Assembly: GCF_001194135.2 (NCBI RefSeq)
Contig: NC_068985.1
Span: 15,872,304 to 15,936,303 of the forward strand
Origin: Octopus bimaculoides
Lineage: Eukaryota
Direction: 5' to 3'
Length of the DNA stretch: 64,000 nucleotides
The position numbers and the translations under genes are program-made. The notes beneath the pieces were generated by a model, which had not been told where the DNA came from, ran no database searches, and saw nothing but the letters and a program-made list of their open reading frames with translations. The stretch's first letter is position 1. Each line of letters begins with the position of its first letter. Shown in pieces: positions 1 to 13,720 of the stretch.

Positions 1-36
1 CATATATGTATACATACATATATGTACATATGTGTA

Positions 37-73
<37 letters not shown>

Positions 74-190
74 GTATGTATGTATGTATGTATCTGTGTA
101 TCTATGTATATGTATATATATGTATATATGTATATATACATACATATATATATGTATATATGTATATATGTATATATGTATATTTATTAC

Positions 191-224
<34 letters not shown>

Positions 225-272
225 GTGTATGTATCTATATATAAATAGATAAATAGATATATATATACATAC
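1..272. repeat. Compound (TA)n/(TATG)n/(TG)n microsatellite
   Basis: Direct reading; accounts for the three spurious ORFs at 6-252. Confidence 0.95.
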
Positions 273-624
273 ATAGTTTGCTGTTCCATTAACGTAAGAT
301 CAACAAAAGAGTAATTCATTTTGTGAGAGATAAATGTAATTTAATGTACACTGTATAATCATAGGAACAACTAATAGTTTCTTGCTGTGAAGACACGTGA
401 CTGTGCAGGATTTTATAATATGCTTTGTGCCTCCAGGAACACAGACACTTACAAACACACATGCACATAAAAATAAGGGAGTGAGTTCACGTGTATGTAT
501 GTTTGCATATATGTGTTTGTGTGCGCCAGTGTGTGTATATATGTGTATATAATTAAGGAGAGAAAGAGGAGTGATAGAGCAGCCAAAGGAGAAAGACAGA
601 ATTGTGATATATTGTATATTGTCT

Positions 625-755
625 CGCCGAGATCGACTTTGCCTTTCATTCTTTCAGTGTCGATAAATTAAGCACCAGTTGCGTACTGGGGTCGATCTAA
701 TCGACTGACCCCCTCCCCAAAGATTTTGGGCTTTGAGCCTAGAGTAGAAAAGAAT
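625..755 (+). mobile_element. SINE family 1, 3' half
   Basis: gccgagatcgactttgcctttcattctttc...gataaattaagcaccagttgcgtactggggtcgatctaatcgac...cctagagtagaaaag matches the copies at 24322 and 24608. Confidence 0.85.
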
Positions 756-1226
756 ATATTGCACGTTGTTGAGGAATGACCGAATCCTGACGTATCAGCT
801 CATGGTTTCCGAATTAATATCTTCTGTATGCATTTTGTGTGCGTGCTTCTACATGTGTGTGTGTGTGTGTGAGTGTGTGCGTGCGCACGTGTATGTGTTT
901 GTTCATATGCCGAACACAACATTTTATTTTTTTACCTTAAGTCTCTTGAGTATTCTAAACTGATTTCACATCTTTTGGAAGTCTTATCTGCTTTGCCTCG
1001 GTGTTTCTTCAATTGATTTTATCATTCCAAATTTTGTCTCCTGAACGCTTCAAAATTTAACACCAGCCATCGGATTTATTGGGCTATGTAGATCATTCTT
1101 ACATATTCGATTATTGTCATTGTGTCTCATGTATGTATGTATGTATGTAGATGGGCAGTCAGGTAGATATGCATATATGTGTGTGTGTATGTATGTATGT
1201 ATGTATGTATGTATGTATATAAAAGC

Positions 1227-1264
<38 letters not shown>

Positions 1265-3360
1265 GCTGTGTATTTGTTTATGCATGTCTGTATTTGTTTA
1301 GAGCAGAGAATCTCTAATTTATCGTTCCATCTTGTCTTCAGAATTGGAAATATTTCAATGACCCTTCGCATAATCTTATTTTCTGTTTGGTGGAATTTTC
1401 AAAAGAAGCGAACGAACCGTCTAACGCCATACAACCTTGCGGCTTCGAATTTATTCTGCTTTTATTGTTCCTAGAGGAAACTGATTTATTCTGTCACAAA
1501 CTTTTCCCTTTCACTCCAGATTTATGTTTAGTCCAATATTGTTGTCCCATACAAAATTTCACGCACACATTGCTAATCATCGAATTGAGAGTTTTCAATA
1601 GGAAGTAAAATTTTTCTAAGTAAATTTTATTGCAAATTGCTATAGACCCTAAAATGAGTAAATCCATTCTGTTTTATTCTATAGACCCAGTTATATTCCT
1701 GATTTAATTGTCAATATAATAGCTTACGTAATCCAGACAGTTAACTTTTATAAGCACTATATATGCATTCTTCGTTCTATTTAAGAAATTTTGATTTCGT
1801 ATTAAGTTGTCGAGTCTTTATTGAAGGCTTTTATGTTCATGAAGAAAGGAATGACTTATGTCTATATCTGGAGATTTCTACAGACTCTTCAAACAACTGA
1901 TCGAATATATTGCCTTGCATCTAACGGGAGAGAGAACGGATATATCGTAGTTGCACCTTTCCATTAGTGAAGCGGATGAAGTGCAACAACACCAACCACG
2001 AAAGCTCCTCATTTTAACATACTAAAGTTCTGTGTGTGAATACATAATATTTTACTTTGGGTTATCATCTAAATTCGTTCATTTCTTTAACAATTTATTT
2101 TTCCTTTTTCAATGTTATTTGAATTAAAACGAGAAATTTATTTTATCGTAGATTTTTACGTTTTTTGTAGCTACAGCTTTTGCTTATAATGTTTGAAAGT
2201 TGAATAAATTTTACCTTCATCTAGACATATTATAATGGAGTGCCAGATAGAAACAAAAAAAAAAAAATAATAATAAAATCCGAATGAATTCAGCTGGCGA
2301 GCCAGTATATATTTTTCTAAGAAAAAATTCATGGGCTCATAGAACGTGAAAATTTAAAGATTTCTTTCCTTATATGAAGCCCATTGGGCTCATGCATTTG
2401 TTGGACTTATTAATCTTGAAAATTAAGTGTAATAAAACAGTATAATATTGGATATTTAGAGACAAGAAAATACGTACTAGGTATCTGGCTTCTAAAAAGA
2501 GTGTAATACTTTAGATGAAGCTTCATTTTTTTAAATCCAGCAGCTCTACATTTAGGTACATGCCCCGAGAGTTTAAAAGAAACATCGAATGGATATCGGA
2601 ACGGGATCTCTTTAAGTTTATATTCACGCAAGAATGAACGAATAATATTCCCATAACATTCTCAATTCAGTTTATAAGAATCGATCTTGTGAATATTACA
2701 ATAGCGTTTTTTTCCCTCTCTAAGATACTATCTCACAGAGGAGACTTTCAATCTCACTAGCATTTACCTATAACTATTAATGACACAAATCATTTCTGAT
2801 ACACTGGTTTTATATAACGGATATTTTATTGCATCACTGAGTCGTAGTGGTATTTCTCTTTTCAGCAGGCCTTTTATATTTGATAACATCTGTTTCATTA
2901 TTATGGAGATATTAACTTTACGCAGATTCCTATGCATAAAGACTTTATGTTAGACCATATATATATATATATATANNNNNNNNNNNNNNNNNNNNNNNNN
3001 NNNNNNNNNNNNNNNNNNNNNNNNNNNNNNNNNNNNNNNNNNNNNNNNNNNNNNNNNNNNNNNNNNNNNNNNNNNNNNNNNNNNNNNNNNNNNNNNNNNN
3101 NNNNNNNNNNNNNNNNNNNNNNNNNNNNNNNNNNNNNNNNNNNNNNNNNNNNNNNNNNNNNNNNNNNNNNNNNNNNNNNNNNNNNNNNNNNNNNNNNNNN
3201 NNNNNNNNNNNNNNNNNNNNNNNNNNNNNNNNNNNNNNNNNNNNNNNNNNNNNNNNNNNNNNNNNNNNNNNNNNNNNNNNNNNNNNNNNNNNNNNNNNNN
3301 NNNNNNNNNNNNNNNNNNNNNNNNNNNNNNNNNNNNNNNNNNNNNNNNNNNNNNNNNNNN

Positions 3361-3403
<43 letters not shown>

Positions 3404-6320
3404 TACGTGCACAAACCTATATATGCATGCATTAGCGTATGTAAATATATAGACAATCGCACACACACATAAATATATATAAGCACATATGGATGCGGGG
3501 GGCGGGGTGTATGCATGTATGTACATATGTGTGTATGTATGTTTGTATACACACACATGAGCATAGATATATATGATTGAATCTCTAGCTATTCTCTCCT
3601 GATTGAAGAAAGCTGATAGTCGATGCAACAAAATCTCGCACACGTGGTTTATTTGAAAGCCGAATTTATATGTTTAAAAGTGTAACGAATCGTCTGGTAT
3701 GCTTTGTTTTTGACCGATGTAGAAACTCATAGCAACATCAGAACCAACAGTTGTAGCACTAGATGTATTAACAGCCCTATGGAATTGCTTTTTACCAACA
3801 ATCAAAAACTCATATATACGACAACAGCAGAAAGGTTAGGCCTTAAATAAGAAACAACAATAGAGAGAAAGCAACAGCAACAGGTCTTTTGCAGCTAGAT
3901 GAGTTTACAGAACAGAACATTGAATATTGATATAAACAACATTATTTCACGTTTCGTAGTTTTCATTGAATTCCAACGTTAGCAGGAGCGTAGAATCATA
4001 CGTGTATGCATCTTACATACATACCCAACTGTATGTATACACGGACGCACACACACGTATGTACATACGTATGGATGTGTGAATGCACGTAAGCATGAAT
4101 GTATATTTACTTAGACACATGTGTATATAATATCTGTGCATCACTAACAGTCTTTGTAGAACGCTGTGTCCATTCCGTATTCTTTTCGTTGTTTTCCATG
4201 TAATAAAGTTTCGGAAACGAAGCTATTTTTATCATTAACAAAAACGCTGGTTTGTAAAATAAACATTTCATTGGAGATGAAATACACCGAGTAGACTGAA
4301 AGAAAGTGAAGCAACTTGATCAAGGACAAAATACACCGTCCTGTCTATGATATATAGCCAACAATGGTTCACAATCATCCTTCATTTCTCGATCCCAGAT
4401 TTGGTGCGTTTGTTGCATCAGTATCTTGATGACATAATTTTTCAACGCATCAGTTGCTGCATCAAGCTTTTCTGGAAAGAAAGCTAGATAAAAATGTAGA
4501 ATGCTCAGTTAGCGACACTTGACAGCCTATTTATTTATAGATATTAAGGAAATTTTCAACTCCAGTTCCGTATCCAGTGAGTCTGTTATCTCTCAGTATG
4601 TTTTCACGTTACGATTCAAAAATCCGATAAGCATTTAATACCAGTGTATTGACAGAGCTTTTTTCCAATTTAATATAGTATATAACCTCCTTGGTCTGAG
4701 ACCCCACAGAATCTCGCTTTTAAGTTGCCGCACTTTCCACTGGAACTTCATTAGAAATGTACTGAAATTCCTTAAGCTGACCTTACTCAGCGCTTTAACA
4801 AAACTTTCCATTAAACTAAATTTAATACGCAGAGATAAAAGAATTGTTTTAGAACCAACAAAAGCGACAAGTTAACACTGCTCATTCTTTGAATTAGGCA
4901 TATGTTGATCTTAGAGATCCCGCGCAATGGTTATAATAATTCGCAGACATGAGAAACTTTCGAAGTCATTGGCATGCTAACTGTCACGCTAGCGTAATCT
5001 TTAAAATGCTGTAAATATCCAGTGACATTCTATTGATGAACACCATAGGGAATAGTATCAACTGATATAGCCATCTTTTTGTATGTCTCTTTAAAATGGA
5101 AATATAGGCAAAGATGCATAAATTGGTATTCCCGCTATGCAATTCTCTGAAGCTTCTTTGTAATAAATCAATGAAGAGACATCACTCAGATGTCGCATGA
5201 GTATGAAAATGTTTCTGAAGTATTCATTGACGCCAAAGCTATAGTAGATCATGCACTGCGAAGAATGGTGTCATATTATAATTTCACATTCGATAGTGAC
5301 TCACTGCATATTTTAATAATGTTCTTCTTTTAATCCGGAGGCGAGAAGCGTAGCTTTCTCTTGAAAGAAACATGAGACTTTAAAAATTATAATTCATGTA
5401 CTTTTGAGTAAATGAGCTTGATTTCAAATTTCAAGTATGCATTCAGCATCTGTAGAAAGTCCAGCACCGCTATCAATTTCATCTTTATCACTGTCATTGT
5501 TATAGAAATTTGTATAACATTTTTGGAAAAGGCAATGGGCATTATTTCATCATGTTGAACTGGTCTGATGTGTTAAATACAGGTTTGGATGGACAATGTT
5601 GTATTTGTTCATTAACGAAAACTGAATTTCAATGCTTCAAGTATGGTATGGCACGAACCTACATACTGGACAACTAATGAACCAAAGAAGAAAGCCCTAC
5701 ATTGTTGTTTGACCTACAAGGAATAGAGGCGAAATTTCCTACACACAAATATATACACAGTGCACGCACACATACACATTTACATATATATANNNNNNNN
5801 NNNNNNNNNNNNNNNNNNNNNNNNNNNNNNNNNNNNNNNNNNNNNNNNNNNNNNNNNNNNNNNNNNNNNNNNNNNNNNNNNNNNNNNNNNNNNNNNNNNN
5901 NNNNNNNNNNNNNNNNNNNNNNNNNNNNNNNNNNNNNNNNNNNNNNNNNNNNNNNNNNNNNNNNNNNNNNNNNNNNNNNNNNNNNNNNNNNNNNNNNNNN
6001 NNNNNNNNNNNNNNNNNNNNNNNNNNNNNNNNNNNNNNNNNNNNNNNNNNNNNNNNNNNNNNNNNNNNNNNNNNNNNNNNNNNNNNNNNNNNNNNNNNNN
6101 NNNNNNNNNNNNNNNNNNNNNNNNNNNNNNNNNNNNNNNNNNNNNNNNNNNNNNNNNNNNNNNNNNNNNNNNNNNNNNNNNNNNNNNNNNNNNNNNNNNN
6201 NNNNNNNNNNNNNNNNNNNNNNNNNNNNNNNNNNNNNNNNNNNNNNNNNNNNNNNNNNNNNNNNNNNNNNNNNNNNNNNNNNNNNNNNNNNNNNNNNNNN
6301 NNNNNNTATATATATATATA

Positions 6321-7363
6321 TTTACTCTTTTACTGGTTTCAGCGCCAGAGTCTGATGCTATGATGGAGCACCGCCTTTTAGTGTTTTGGGCTCCCATTAC
6401 AGTACTGAAGAAGCGAGTTGGACGAAGATGCTCTTCTTTGTTCCTCCTACCGCGAAGTAGGTTCACTTGGGATTTCAGATGGAAATTTGTCCAGGTGCCT
6501 TTTGAACGCTTCCACATCTACATCTTGCAGATCGCGTAGATTCCTTGGCAGGATGTTAAACAGTTGTGCTCCCGTGAAACTCAAGCTGTTGCAATACTGG
6601 TTCCTTATCTGAGATAAAGAAGACAGTGTCTTTGGTATTATGCAGTGCCGTCCAGTTCGGTGATTGGCATAACTTTTAATTCCAAAGCTGGAAGCTAGAC
6701 CTTCCAGGATCTTCCATATGTATATCACTGCATACCTTTCTCGTATTCTCTCCAGGGAGTAGAGTTTCAGTTCTTGTAGCCTCATCCTGTAGCTTACCTG
6801 TTTCACCTAGTTAATCTTTTGTAGTGGCGCTGGATTGCCTCAAGTTCCGCCACCAGTTTGACGCTCTGCGGCGAAGAACAGCTGGGAGCAGTAATCCAGG
6901 CTACTGAGGACAAATGTCCTTCATAGGAATATCAAGCTATCCTTAATTCGGTTCTGAATGATTTAAGGATCCATTCAATTTCTCGCCTGCACAGTGTTGC
7001 CATCCTGGCAATATGCACATGGAGTGCTGCATCCCTGCGCATGTGGATTCCCAAGTCACGCACCGATTCTAACTTTGAGATTGGACTGCCCTCTAGTCTT
7101 ATGTATTCCGATTGTAGTTTGTTTGTGGGCTGATAGCGGAGTGCTTGAAACTTATCAGCATTGAACTGCCCGTTATTTTCGTCATCCCATTCATATATTG
7201 CATGCAGGTCATTTTGCAGTTTTACAATGTCATCAGGGTTCTTGACCGCCTGAGTCACTTTTGTATCGTTAGCATAGCTGGTGAGAGTGGCTAACTGTAC
7301 ACCTGAAGGCACGTCTGAGAGAGCCACTACAAACAGTAGTGGTCCCACTACAGTTCCCTGAGG

Positions 7364-7366
<3 letters not shown>
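6321..7366 (-). mobile_element. 5'-truncated CR1/L2-group LINE (RT C-terminal half plus 3' end), decayed
   Basis: Minus-strand translation VPQGTVVGPLLFVVALSD...TSYANDTKV (YADD motif with D>N), FNADKFQAL, VRDLGIHM, LYSLERIRERYAVIYIWKILEG, GAQLFNILP; broken by stops/frameshifts; (TA)n on both sides. Confidence 0.9.
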
Positions 7367-7423
<57 letters not shown>

Positions 7424-7789
7424 AAATTACATGACCATTCTGCTGGCGTGCCTAATCCTTGGACAGGTTGAGATGATTGAGACTTACATTGTCAATTCTA
7501 AACATCATAATGAAACAATCTGGCAATGCTGAACTTAAGTGAACACACATAACTACCAAAATTATGAGAAATTTTAAGTAGAGAATGTCAAGTGTTCAGG
7601 CTTAATGATACGTCACGGCATCCATGGAAAGGTGAAGTAAATTATTTAATCAGTAGAAGCAAAGCATGTTACTTAAAGGTTTGTTGCTTCTTGTGGGTGG
7701 CTTGGAATGTTCAAGAAATAGTTTAGTCTCAAAGCATTCGGTTAAGAGAGGAAGAAACATATGCTGCCATTCAGGATGTATCGGAGTTT

Positions 7790-8400
7790 CTATTATATTT
7801 TGAAGAAGAAGAGGAGTTAAATATCTATGAAATCTAATTTTTAATGTAAATGAATGTGCGATATTGTGTAAACTTCTACCGATTAAGAGTAATCTCAAAG
7901 AATGAAAGGAAAGCACACGAAAATAAAGCAGCAAATAACAATCTTACATTGTTGACAGGAACAAATCCTGGTATTCCAACTGCCATAAAAGACATCTGTA
8001 TATCTCGTTTCCGATATGAAGATCTAACAGAAAATATGGATCACAGAATGTGTTTATTGAATCGTTTGTTGAGCGTTTCTGATCTGTTGCTAAACGTTAC
8101 TGTGTGAAAAGACCGCAAACTTCAATTGACTCCAAACTTGTGTAACTGCTGAAATTGTGTTCATTTCACCAAATACAACTGCCCTAATTGAGACTGTTGA
8201 TCAAGGAGTTATTTCTGTTTTCAAGGTATATTTTCTTAGAACTCTAAATCAGTTGATTAAACAATAAAATTATTACATTTACGCAAGCAATTTTACATTT
8301 ATGCAAGCAATAAAAACTATTTAAAGGAGCTTGGGAAGATTTCAACCTGACTAGTTTTATTGAGACTCTGACAAAATTGTGCACAAATTGAAGGAGACCA
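7790..8400 (+). mobile_element. Highly decayed Tigger/pogo transposase (DDE region)
   Basis: FNVNECAILCKLLP..ISKNERKAHENKAANNNLTLLTGTN resembles FNVDETGLFWKKMP..ISKEEK.APGFKAAKDRLTLL.G.N; SPNTTALIETVDQGVISVFKVYFLR resembles PPNTTSLIQPMDQGVI..FK.YYLR. Confidence 0.7.
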
Positions 8401-10173
8401 CCTGATAGTGAATTAAACAGTTTCACTCAATAATAATCTTGTTCAAAAAGCGCAAGAAGTAGAATTTGTAAAACCTAATATAAGGGATAGTCAAGATTTA
8501 TTGCATACTGATAACGAGACACTCACCTGTGAATACCTAAAGGAATGGATGAAACTGAGTGTCTAATCCAGACGGCGAAGAATAAACTCTTTTACAACCG
8601 GTTCTAAGGACTCAGATCTTATGTAAAAGACTTACTGAAATAACCCATTCTCCAATGCGATTTCAGAAAACTACAAATTTCGATCAAAGGAAAGTTATAC
8701 ATCTTCGTTAGAAGTAAGCAAAGCAAACACTTGCTAAAATAAAGATCTAACAGAACCAGTCGCTCTATTTTAATCTTAAAAAATTTTTCGTTTCCAATTT
8801 ATTGTTGCTTAAACTAAAGGAAGAGTGTATAATTTTTGATAGAACTACATATTCGGTTCAAAAGACTCTCCGTAAAGATGTAGGAGGATTTTTCCCTACT
8901 GCTTCTTCAGAAAGTTACCTGCATTAAAACCATCTGATAGAATTAATTTCATTCATCTGAATACTGGAATATATTGTAAGCTACAGTGGTTATTTTGCAC
9001 GTGTATGAATTATATAATAAAACACGAATGGCTGTCTTTAATTATAAAAAAGCAGTAAGTTTTGAGAGCACAAATTTTATTTATTTGTTAACAGTCCAAA
9101 TTATTTTTATTGATACGCATCAGCCTCACAAACGTTTGACATGTCTCCCATAGAGTTTGGCGATTCCCTTTGATATCTTTGAACTACCCAAATTTAATCA
9201 AAATCGTTCGATACGTCAATGTTTTTTTTCTTTTACACTGAATTACTCATTGATAAAAAAAATTGTATCATACGGATTAAGAAAAATAAATCAGGTGAAT
9301 CACAGGCTATTGTAAAAGATAACAGAATCAACAAAACAACGTCCGTTGCTCACATTTTATTTATCTTGATACAACGTTTGTTGCTTTTCTAAATTATATT
9401 CACAATGAATGTTTATTTATTGAGAGTGCTTTTTACACAATTAAAATTAAGATACGAATAGATCAGAAGCAGAACTTCATAAAATTTTAATTCATTAAAA
9501 TGATAAGAATAACTTGAATACACTTGGCTCTTCTGACATCAGAGGTTTGTAAATATTATGTCCGTAAAGTACAGACTAATATTTATCTCAACATCAGAAA
9601 GTAAAGCGTTCAAAATTATTTCCTTTATATCAAATTAAATATTTACTCAAAATTGACAAAAAAAAAAAAAGGAAAGCAATAAAAAATATTTATGCAATTA
9701 TCAGAAACGGATATTTTTGCATATGCGATTAAGCAATAAGCTTTACATTGATTTAATACTAAACGGTCTGGTGTTTTGAAAAGTTACGCTGTTAACTAAA
9801 CAATACAATTATCCTGCATGAAATTAAGTAGAACCCACTCAGTTTTCATTCACGAAAATCTTAAATTGTCTCAATTCGTTCTGGCAGTAACAGCAGGATT
9901 AAGATTAATTAACGTTATTAAGAACGACACCTGTCCGGTGTTGTCCCCACACAGCCAGACGTTAGAATCAATTTACTAATACATTCCATTTTTAATTAAT
10001 TTTAATTATTTTTAATTCCATGGATGTCACGTATGCTTTTCTTGACTAGAATTATTAACCAAGAGGATGATTGTTTTTCTGATAATCACTCTTGGAATGA
10101 ATTTTAAAAATTAATATTTTTTAGCAGGACCGTATTAAATATGCTGGCGTCTGTTTCACTACTCACACACAAA

Positions 10174-10249
<76 letters not shown>

Positions 10250-10552
10250 NNNNNNNNNNNNNNNNNNNNNNNNNNNNNNNNNNNNNNNNNNNNNNNNNNN
10301 NNNNNNNNNNNNNNNNNNNNNNNNNNNNNNNNNNNNNNNNNNNNNNNNNNNNNNNNNNNNNNNNNNNNNNNNNNNNNNNNNNNNNNNNNNNNNNNNNNNN
10401 NNNNNNNNNNNNNNNNNNNNNNNNNNNNNNNNNNNNNNNNNNNNNNNNNNNNNNNNNNNNNNNNNNNNNNNNNNNGTGACTGCGCATTTCAGTTTATCCC
10501 ATACTAATAAACTATTACTAAACAAAGTTTACTATTAATTATTTACTAAATT

Positions 10553-10641
<89 letters not shown>
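10553..10641. repeat. (ACT)n(AAT)n compound microsatellite
   Basis: Direct reading. Confidence 0.95.
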
Positions 10642-10642
<1 letters not shown>

Positions 10643-11062
10643 GATGGGCTACACCATATATTCTGCTCAATACCACAGATTTGACCTTAACCAGTTGAGG
10701 ATGACGATATGTGCATTTCTGATAACGAGCAGAAGTAGTGGGGTGGGGGCATCATAGCCATGTGTTGAGAGGAATTCTTTGGAGTTTGGATAATTCACCT
10801 TTGGAAACATGGGTGTTTCGTTCAACATCCTTAAACAACCCTTATTCAGGGACCTTTTGAGCAGGATGGACTACTCGACCTGAAGAAAAAATTCTAACTA
10901 GGTCCCACCTGCAAGGTTATGCGCTGTTTTTCTTGATATGAGATCACCATGTCACGCACACATGGTTGTGCCCAGTGTCCCCTTATCAGACGGGTAGTCA
11001 TATTGGGCTTTGTATATTTTACCCCAGTGTCACTTTGACGGCATACACTGCTCTCTCACTCA
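10642..11062. mobile_element. Interspersed repeat of unknown class (about 420 bp) next to (AAT)n
   Basis: GC-richer island (gagaggaattctttgg...aaacaacccttattcagggaccttttgag...atcagacgggtagtcat...ccccagtgtcactttga) that I recall as an abundant octopus repeat; single copy here, so not verifiable internally. Confidence 0.45.
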
Positions 11063-12160
11063 CTGTAAATGAAGTATAAGTAATTACATCAGGTATTTAC
11101 TTGGAGACAATACAAGAACGGCTTATAAAGTTACCACTACAAAGATAACATGGATTCCTCCAAAATTATGACCCGATGCAATTTCCAAAACGTTTGTAAT
11201 TTAGAGATAAAGGATGAGAAACTTGTTAAAATTTCGACATTTCATGACAACTTAGGAAATTAGGGGTATATAATAATCATTTTAATTGTCTTAATTACAA
11301 AAGTCACTTAACCAAAGAATATTACAGCGATATTTATCCTAAATTTGAAGAATCTAGATTACAGTAGATAAGATCAAATGAAAAAACATTTATGATTACA
11401 GTAAATATTGGTGAAAATAAACTCAAATTTCCAATCTTCATAGTAGGCCCACAATTAAAGCATAAACTGGGTACATGGGGATGATTTTATTTACACCATG
11501 TACCCAGACCTTGTGGATACCCTGTATATATATATATATGTATATATNNNNNNNNNNNNNNNNNNNNNNNNNNNNNNNNNNNNNNNNNNNNNNNNNNNNN
11601 NNNNNNNNNNNNNNNNNNNNNNNNNNNNNNNNNNNNNNNNNNNNNNNNNNNNNNNNNNNNNNNNNNNNNNNNNNNNNNNNNNNNNNNNNNNNNNNNNNNN
11701 NNNNNNNNNNNNNNNNNNNNNNNNNNNNNNNNNNNNNNNNNNNNNNNNNNNNNNNNNNNNNNNNNNNNNNNNNNNNNNNNNNNNNNNNNNNNNNNNNNNN
11801 NNNNNNNNNNNNNNNNNNNNNNNNNNNNNNNNNNNNNNNNNNNNNNNNNNNNNNNNNNNNNNNNNNNNNNNNNNNNNNNNNNNNNNNNNNNNNNNNNNNN
11901 NNNNNNNNNNNNNNNNNNNNNNNNNNNNNNNNNNNNNNNNNNNNNNNNNNNNNNNNNNNNNNNNNNNNNNNNNNNNNNNNNNNNNNNNNNNNNNNNNNNN
12001 NNNNNNNNNNNNNNNNNNNNNNNNNNNNNNNNNNNNNNNNNNNNNNNNNNNNNNNNNNNNNNNNNNNNNNNNNNNNCACACACACCCACACACACGCGCG
12101 CGCATATGTATATACATACATTATACACACACGATGAATTTCCATCAAGTAGAAAACATG

Positions 12161-12392
12161 CAGCGAGATGGCAGAATCGTTAGCACGCTGGACGAAATGC
12201 TTAGTGGTATTTCGTCTGCCGCTACGTTCTGAGTTCAAATTCCTCCGAAGTCGACTTTGCCTTTCATCCTTTCGGGGTCGATTAAATAAGTACCAGTTAC
12301 GCACTGGGGTCGATATAATCGACTTAATCTGTTTGTCTGTCCTTGTTTGTCCCCTCTGTGTGTAGCCCCCTGTGGGCAGTAAAGAAATAAGA
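12161..12392 (+). mobile_element. SINE family 1, full length, alternative 3' tail
   Basis: tRNA-like head (gagatggcagaatcgttagc A-box region; gagttcaaattcc B box), central gactttgcctttcatcctttcggggtcgattaaataagtaccag; tail gtgtagccccctgtgggcagtaaagaaataag differs from the other copies. Confidence 0.85.
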
Positions 12393-12404
12393 AAACATGT
12401 GTGC

Positions 12405-12460
12405 AAAGTGTCACACTGTGGTATTGAACCCGAAACTTCATGGTTTTGAAGCGAACTCGC
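12405..12460 (-). mobile_element. SINE family 2 head fragment
   Basis: Reverse complement resembles ...catggttccgggttcagtcccactgtgtggcac of the 40913 copy. Confidence 0.5.
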
Positions 12461-12839
12461 CAAGGAGAAGCAAAAGCAGATTATAAATTGATAACTACAT
12501 GGATGGTTGCAATGTTTCGGCATCTGAAGTGTCATGGAAGATGTTGTGGTTTGAATTACATGCATCATATCCAAATGTACAGCCAACAATAATAGTTCAT
12601 TTAGAAGGATAAGAAAGTGTTTGTTTTAATGTTCACGAAGAAAGTGAATAGATTATAGAATGAAATAACTTAACTCTAGATGAATAGATGAGAATTAGCA
12701 ATGAACCACCTGCCACCTTCAAGGCACACTCTATTTGCTTGCTGTTCTGATTGTCATACATAGGAATAAAAGCAAGAAAATGTGGAATGAGAGAAAAATT
12801 AACACCCACTGCATTAGATGTATATGTTTAGTTTTGTTA

Positions 12840-13720
12840 ACAGATATTCTTGGAACTACATCATTTGAAGATATGTGAATTGTTAATGAGGATGTTTGTT
12901 CAATGTACAAAGAAGCTGCAATCAAAATGGATTTAGCAGATGACGATAATGAAACCATCTGGTAATGGAGGGTGCATATATTTCTATGTCACTTCACCAA
13001 ATATGACGGCTTTTCTTTTCAATTGGCCTTTGCTGTTATCTTGCAGAACCTGAGGATTTAGCGCATTTAAAAAATAACTATCAGAGAATATAATAAGATC
13101 ACTGGTCTTCTCGACAGCATACAGTGCAAAACTTTGAACATATTTTAAGTGGAAATAGATTCATTTAGAATAGTTATCCACCCATGATAACGCCTATAAT
13201 GGCTAAAATGAACATTAACGCAGAAAGTTTTCGTAATATCTGAGGTTTTAAGAGAACGAGCAAATAAATTTTTGTTCATTCTCATGAAAAATAAATTTTC
13301 AATGAAAAATTCCGTAAAAATATTTTTTTCAAGGAAAATTTCAATATGGGTCAGCGGGCAGCTTTATTCCAAGCACCAAAGCAAATAATTCGTGTTAAAA
13401 CTATAACAAAATACAAGGTATTAACGTTGATGTTTTACCTGCATCCAAATCTTTGATGGATTAGGGATTAGGGAAATCTCTTCTGTATAGTGTCAGTCTA
13501 TTATTTATCCTTACAGATGGAATAATTATAATTAATAGTGCCTCATCTGGTATAGTTGCTTTCATACTTTCAGGACTGAAAACAGCTAGTTCCGCATTAA
13601 GCTTTCTATTCAACCCAGTTAGCGCTATTTCACTACAGAGTGAAAACACTGCTTGAAATTTATGGTTAAAGCGGATGTTATGATTTGAGATGAGTGACCC
13701 ATGATTCATAGAGTTTTTTT
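12840..13720 (+). mobile_element. Decayed Helitron RepHel fragment
   Basis: ILGTTSFEDM*IVNEDVCSMYKEAAIKMDLADDD resembles the Helitron GPTSFEDLRTVNG....F.EAA...GLL.DD segment; at about 13460-13700 GKS...ASSGIVAFILSGLKTASSALSFLFN resembles PIF1-helicase ASSGIAATLLPGGRTAHS.FKLP. Confidence 0.7.

Noticed and set aside
4330-5300. Non-microsatellite stretch that might be a decayed coding or transposon sequence
   Set aside because: I could not recognise a motif in any frame; it is left unannotated pending a translated homology search.
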